Assembly (NCBI GenBank): GCA_018651345.1
Contig: JABIEF010000073.1
Span: forward strand, 7,318 to 71,317
Direction of reading: 5' to 3'
Source: Rhodobiaceae bacterium
GTDB lineage: Bacteria > Pseudomonadota > Alphaproteobacteria > Rhizobiales > TMED25
Length of the DNA stretch: 64,000 nucleotides
Made by a program: the position numbers and the translations under genes. Position 1 is the stretch's first letter; each line of letters opens with the position of its first letter. Below, piece after piece: positions 62,256-64,000 of this stretch. The notes under the pieces are model-generated. The model searched no databases. It had not been told where the DNA came from and saw nothing but the letters and a program-made list of their open reading frames with translations.

Positions 62256-63296
62256 ATGCAAAATACTTCTATAAATAATATGATAATTCCAGCTAATATA
62301 AAAAAAGAACCGTCAAATAACAGTGGCATTAATTCCTTAATAGAATTAACAGCAACTGATATGGAAAAAGTAAATTCTTTAATTATAAGCCAAACAATAT
62401 CTAAGACGGATATGATTCCTAAAATTTCTAGATATCTAATAACAGCAGGTGGAAAAAGATTAAGACCCATGTTAACAATCGCATCTAGTATATTATGTGG
62501 CTGCAAAGATGATAATCATATTTTACTAGCTACTAGTGTTGAGTTCATGCATACGGCGACTTTATTGCATGACGATGTAGTTGATGACAGCAGTATGAGA
62601 AGAGGAAAAATTTCTGCTAAGATGTTATGGGGTAACGAAGCAAGTGTTCTTGTTGGGGATTATATATTAGGACAAGCATTTAAAATTATGGTTGAATCAG
62701 GATCATTAAAAGCTCTTGGCACATTATCTAATGCTGCTGCTATTATTGCCCAAGGGGAAGTAATGCAATTATCTAGTGTAAAAAATATCTCTACATCTGA
62801 AGATGACTATATTAATATAATTGAATCAAAGACTGCGGCTTTATTTGCTGCAGCAACAGAAATCGGTGCGATTATTAATGACCGTCCTAAAAAAGAATGT
62901 GAAGCGTTAAGATCCTTTGGTTACAATCTCGGATTAGCATTTCAATTGACCGATGATGCTTTAGATTACAACGGTGATGTTAAAACTCTAGGAAAAGAAA
63001 TTGGTGATGATTTTAATGAAGGAAAAATAACCTTACCTGTCATACTTTCTTATAAGAAATCAAATTCAGAGGAAAATAAATTCTGGAATAACGTCATGTT
63101 AAAGGAAGAAAGAACGCGAGATGACTTCATTCAGGCGATGGTAATATTACAAAAACATGATTGCATAAATGAAACTATTGAAGCAGCCAAGCATTACGCA
63201 AGCATAGCAATTAAAGCTTTGGAACTATTTCCCGATTCTGAGATAAAAAAATCTCTGATTGAAAGTGTATTGTTTTCCTATAATCGCAATCATTAA
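62256..63296 (+). CDS. ispB: Long-chain polyprenyl diphosphate synthase
   Basis: GGKRLRP, LLHDDVVD...RRG, FQLTDD, GDDFNEGK.T. Confidence 0.92.
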   Translation: MQNTSINNMIIPANIKKEPSNNSGINSLIELTATDMEKVNSLIISQTISKTDMIPKISRYLITAGGKRLRPMLTIASSILCGCKDDNHILLATSVEFMHTATLLHDDVVDDSSMRRGKISAKMLWGNEASVLVGDYILGQAFKIMVESGSLKALGTLSNAAAIIAQGEVMQLSSVKNISTSEDDYINIIESKTAALFAAATEIGAIINDRPKKECEALRSFGYNLGLAFQLTDDALDYNGDVKTLGKEIGDDFNEGKITLPVILSYKKSNSEENKFWNNVMLKEERTRDDFIQAMVILQKHDCINETIEAAKHYASIAIKALELFPDSEIKKSLIESVLFSYNRNH

Positions 63297-63304
63297 AATT
63301 TGAA

Positions 63305-64000
63305 TCAAAATAAATTAACCTTGCGGCACCAATATTCAGGACAAGCATGGACAATGCAATCATATGCCTTGTCCAAATACTTTCGATCTTCATATAACCC
63401 AAAACAAGTGGCGCCACTTCCAGACATCCGTGAAACTATACATTTATCTGTTTTTTGAATTGCCAGCAATATTCTATCTATTTCAGGATCTAAAGAACAA
63501 GCAATATCTTGTAAATCATTCTTACCGTTGACAATAAATTCTAATAAGTCTTTCTTACTATTTGGGATAACTGTATTATTTCTATCCGCATCTATTAAAT
63601 TATTTGATTTCATCATTGAAAAAACTTTTTTAGTAGACATTTCTTTATTTGGATTAACCAATAAAGCAGAAAATTTGATATCATTATTCAATGGCTGTAT
63701 CTTTTCACCCGTACCATGCAGAAATAATAGCTTTGAAAATAAACAAGCGTTAACGTCCGATCCAATAGAATATGGAATACCAGATTCTTTGATTTCGCTA
63801 ACTCGATTATTATTAATACTACATAAACCTCTAAATATTGCAGCTGCGTCAGCAGATCCACCGCCTAAACCAGCTGCAATTGGTATATTTTTATCTAATT
63901 TATATAGATAAAAATTCGAACTAGGATAAAGACTTCTATATCCACAATCACTTTTAATAATAAGATTATCTAAGGTAGAAATAATACCCTTAACATTACT
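63305..64000 (-). CDS. ispE: CDP-ME kinase, 3' part (start outside the window)
   Basis: Frame open from 64000: KNIPIAAGLGGGSADAAA, IGSDV.ACL, GTGE, NDLQ, RMSGSGATCFG. The track's 128-aa ORF is only the C-terminal portion. Confidence 0.93.
   Translation of the reverse strand, partial: SNVKGIISTLDNLIIKSDCGYRSLYPSSNFYLYKLDKNIPIAAGLGGGSADAAAIFRGLCSINNNRVSEIKESGIPYSIGSDVNACLFSKLLFLHGTGEKIQPLNNDIKFSALLVNPNKEMSTKKVFSMMKSNNLIDADRNNTVIPNSKKDLLEFIVNGKNDLQDIACSLDPEIDRILLAIQKTDKCIVSRMSGSGATCFGLYEDRKYLDKAYDCIVHACPEYWCRKVNLF

Noticed and set aside
1438-63911. Many short opposite-strand or alternate-frame ORFs in the track (e.g. 1438-1755, 6444-6818, 23196-23759, 31346-31723, 56192-56566, 63528-63911)
   Set aside because: They lie over well-supported genes and show no motifs; typical shadow ORFs.
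1-64000. CRISPR arrays, IS elements, prophage, integrase, rRNA or defence systems
   Set aside because: No spaced repeats or recombinase, transposase or phage-like ORFs seen; nearly all sequence is explained by the listed genes.

Overview
AT-rich (roughly 30% GC by eye), gene-dense chromosomal segment of an alphaproteobacterium. Gene content and order (pleC-like kinase, ccmEFH, pdxH/fabI/aroC/tlyA/dxs/xseB, glyQS-ppdK, ispB/ispE, acuI) suggest a streamlined, probably marine, Hyphomicrobiales-like organism; this taxonomy is an inference. The housekeeping flanks hold an unusual 10-gene Mrp-type Na+/H+ antiporter operon, nadABC and one tRNA-Gln(TTG). Between sodB and the tRNA lies a ~21 kb accessory block: betaine-family ABC transporter, MFS, CinA with a degenerate deamidase domain, BVMO, amidase, and a co-directional formyl-CoA/C1 operon (NIPSNAP, non-canonical ThDP lyase/decarboxylase, frc, stand-alone ALDH1L1-like formyltransferase, fhs, FDH1-type formate dehydrogenase BA, PanE-like reductase). 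Top observations: (1) the formyltransferase plus Fhs may link the folate and CoA formyl pools, acting as a two-enzyme formate-CoA ligase that primes oxalate or 2-hydroxy acid catabolism; (2) two, possibly three, genes appear to start at non-canonical ATC/ATT codons exactly 7 nt after a GGAG(G) Shine-Dalgarno. I saw no integrase, transposase, CRISPR array or rRNA. All protein-family calls come from motif recognition, not database searches.
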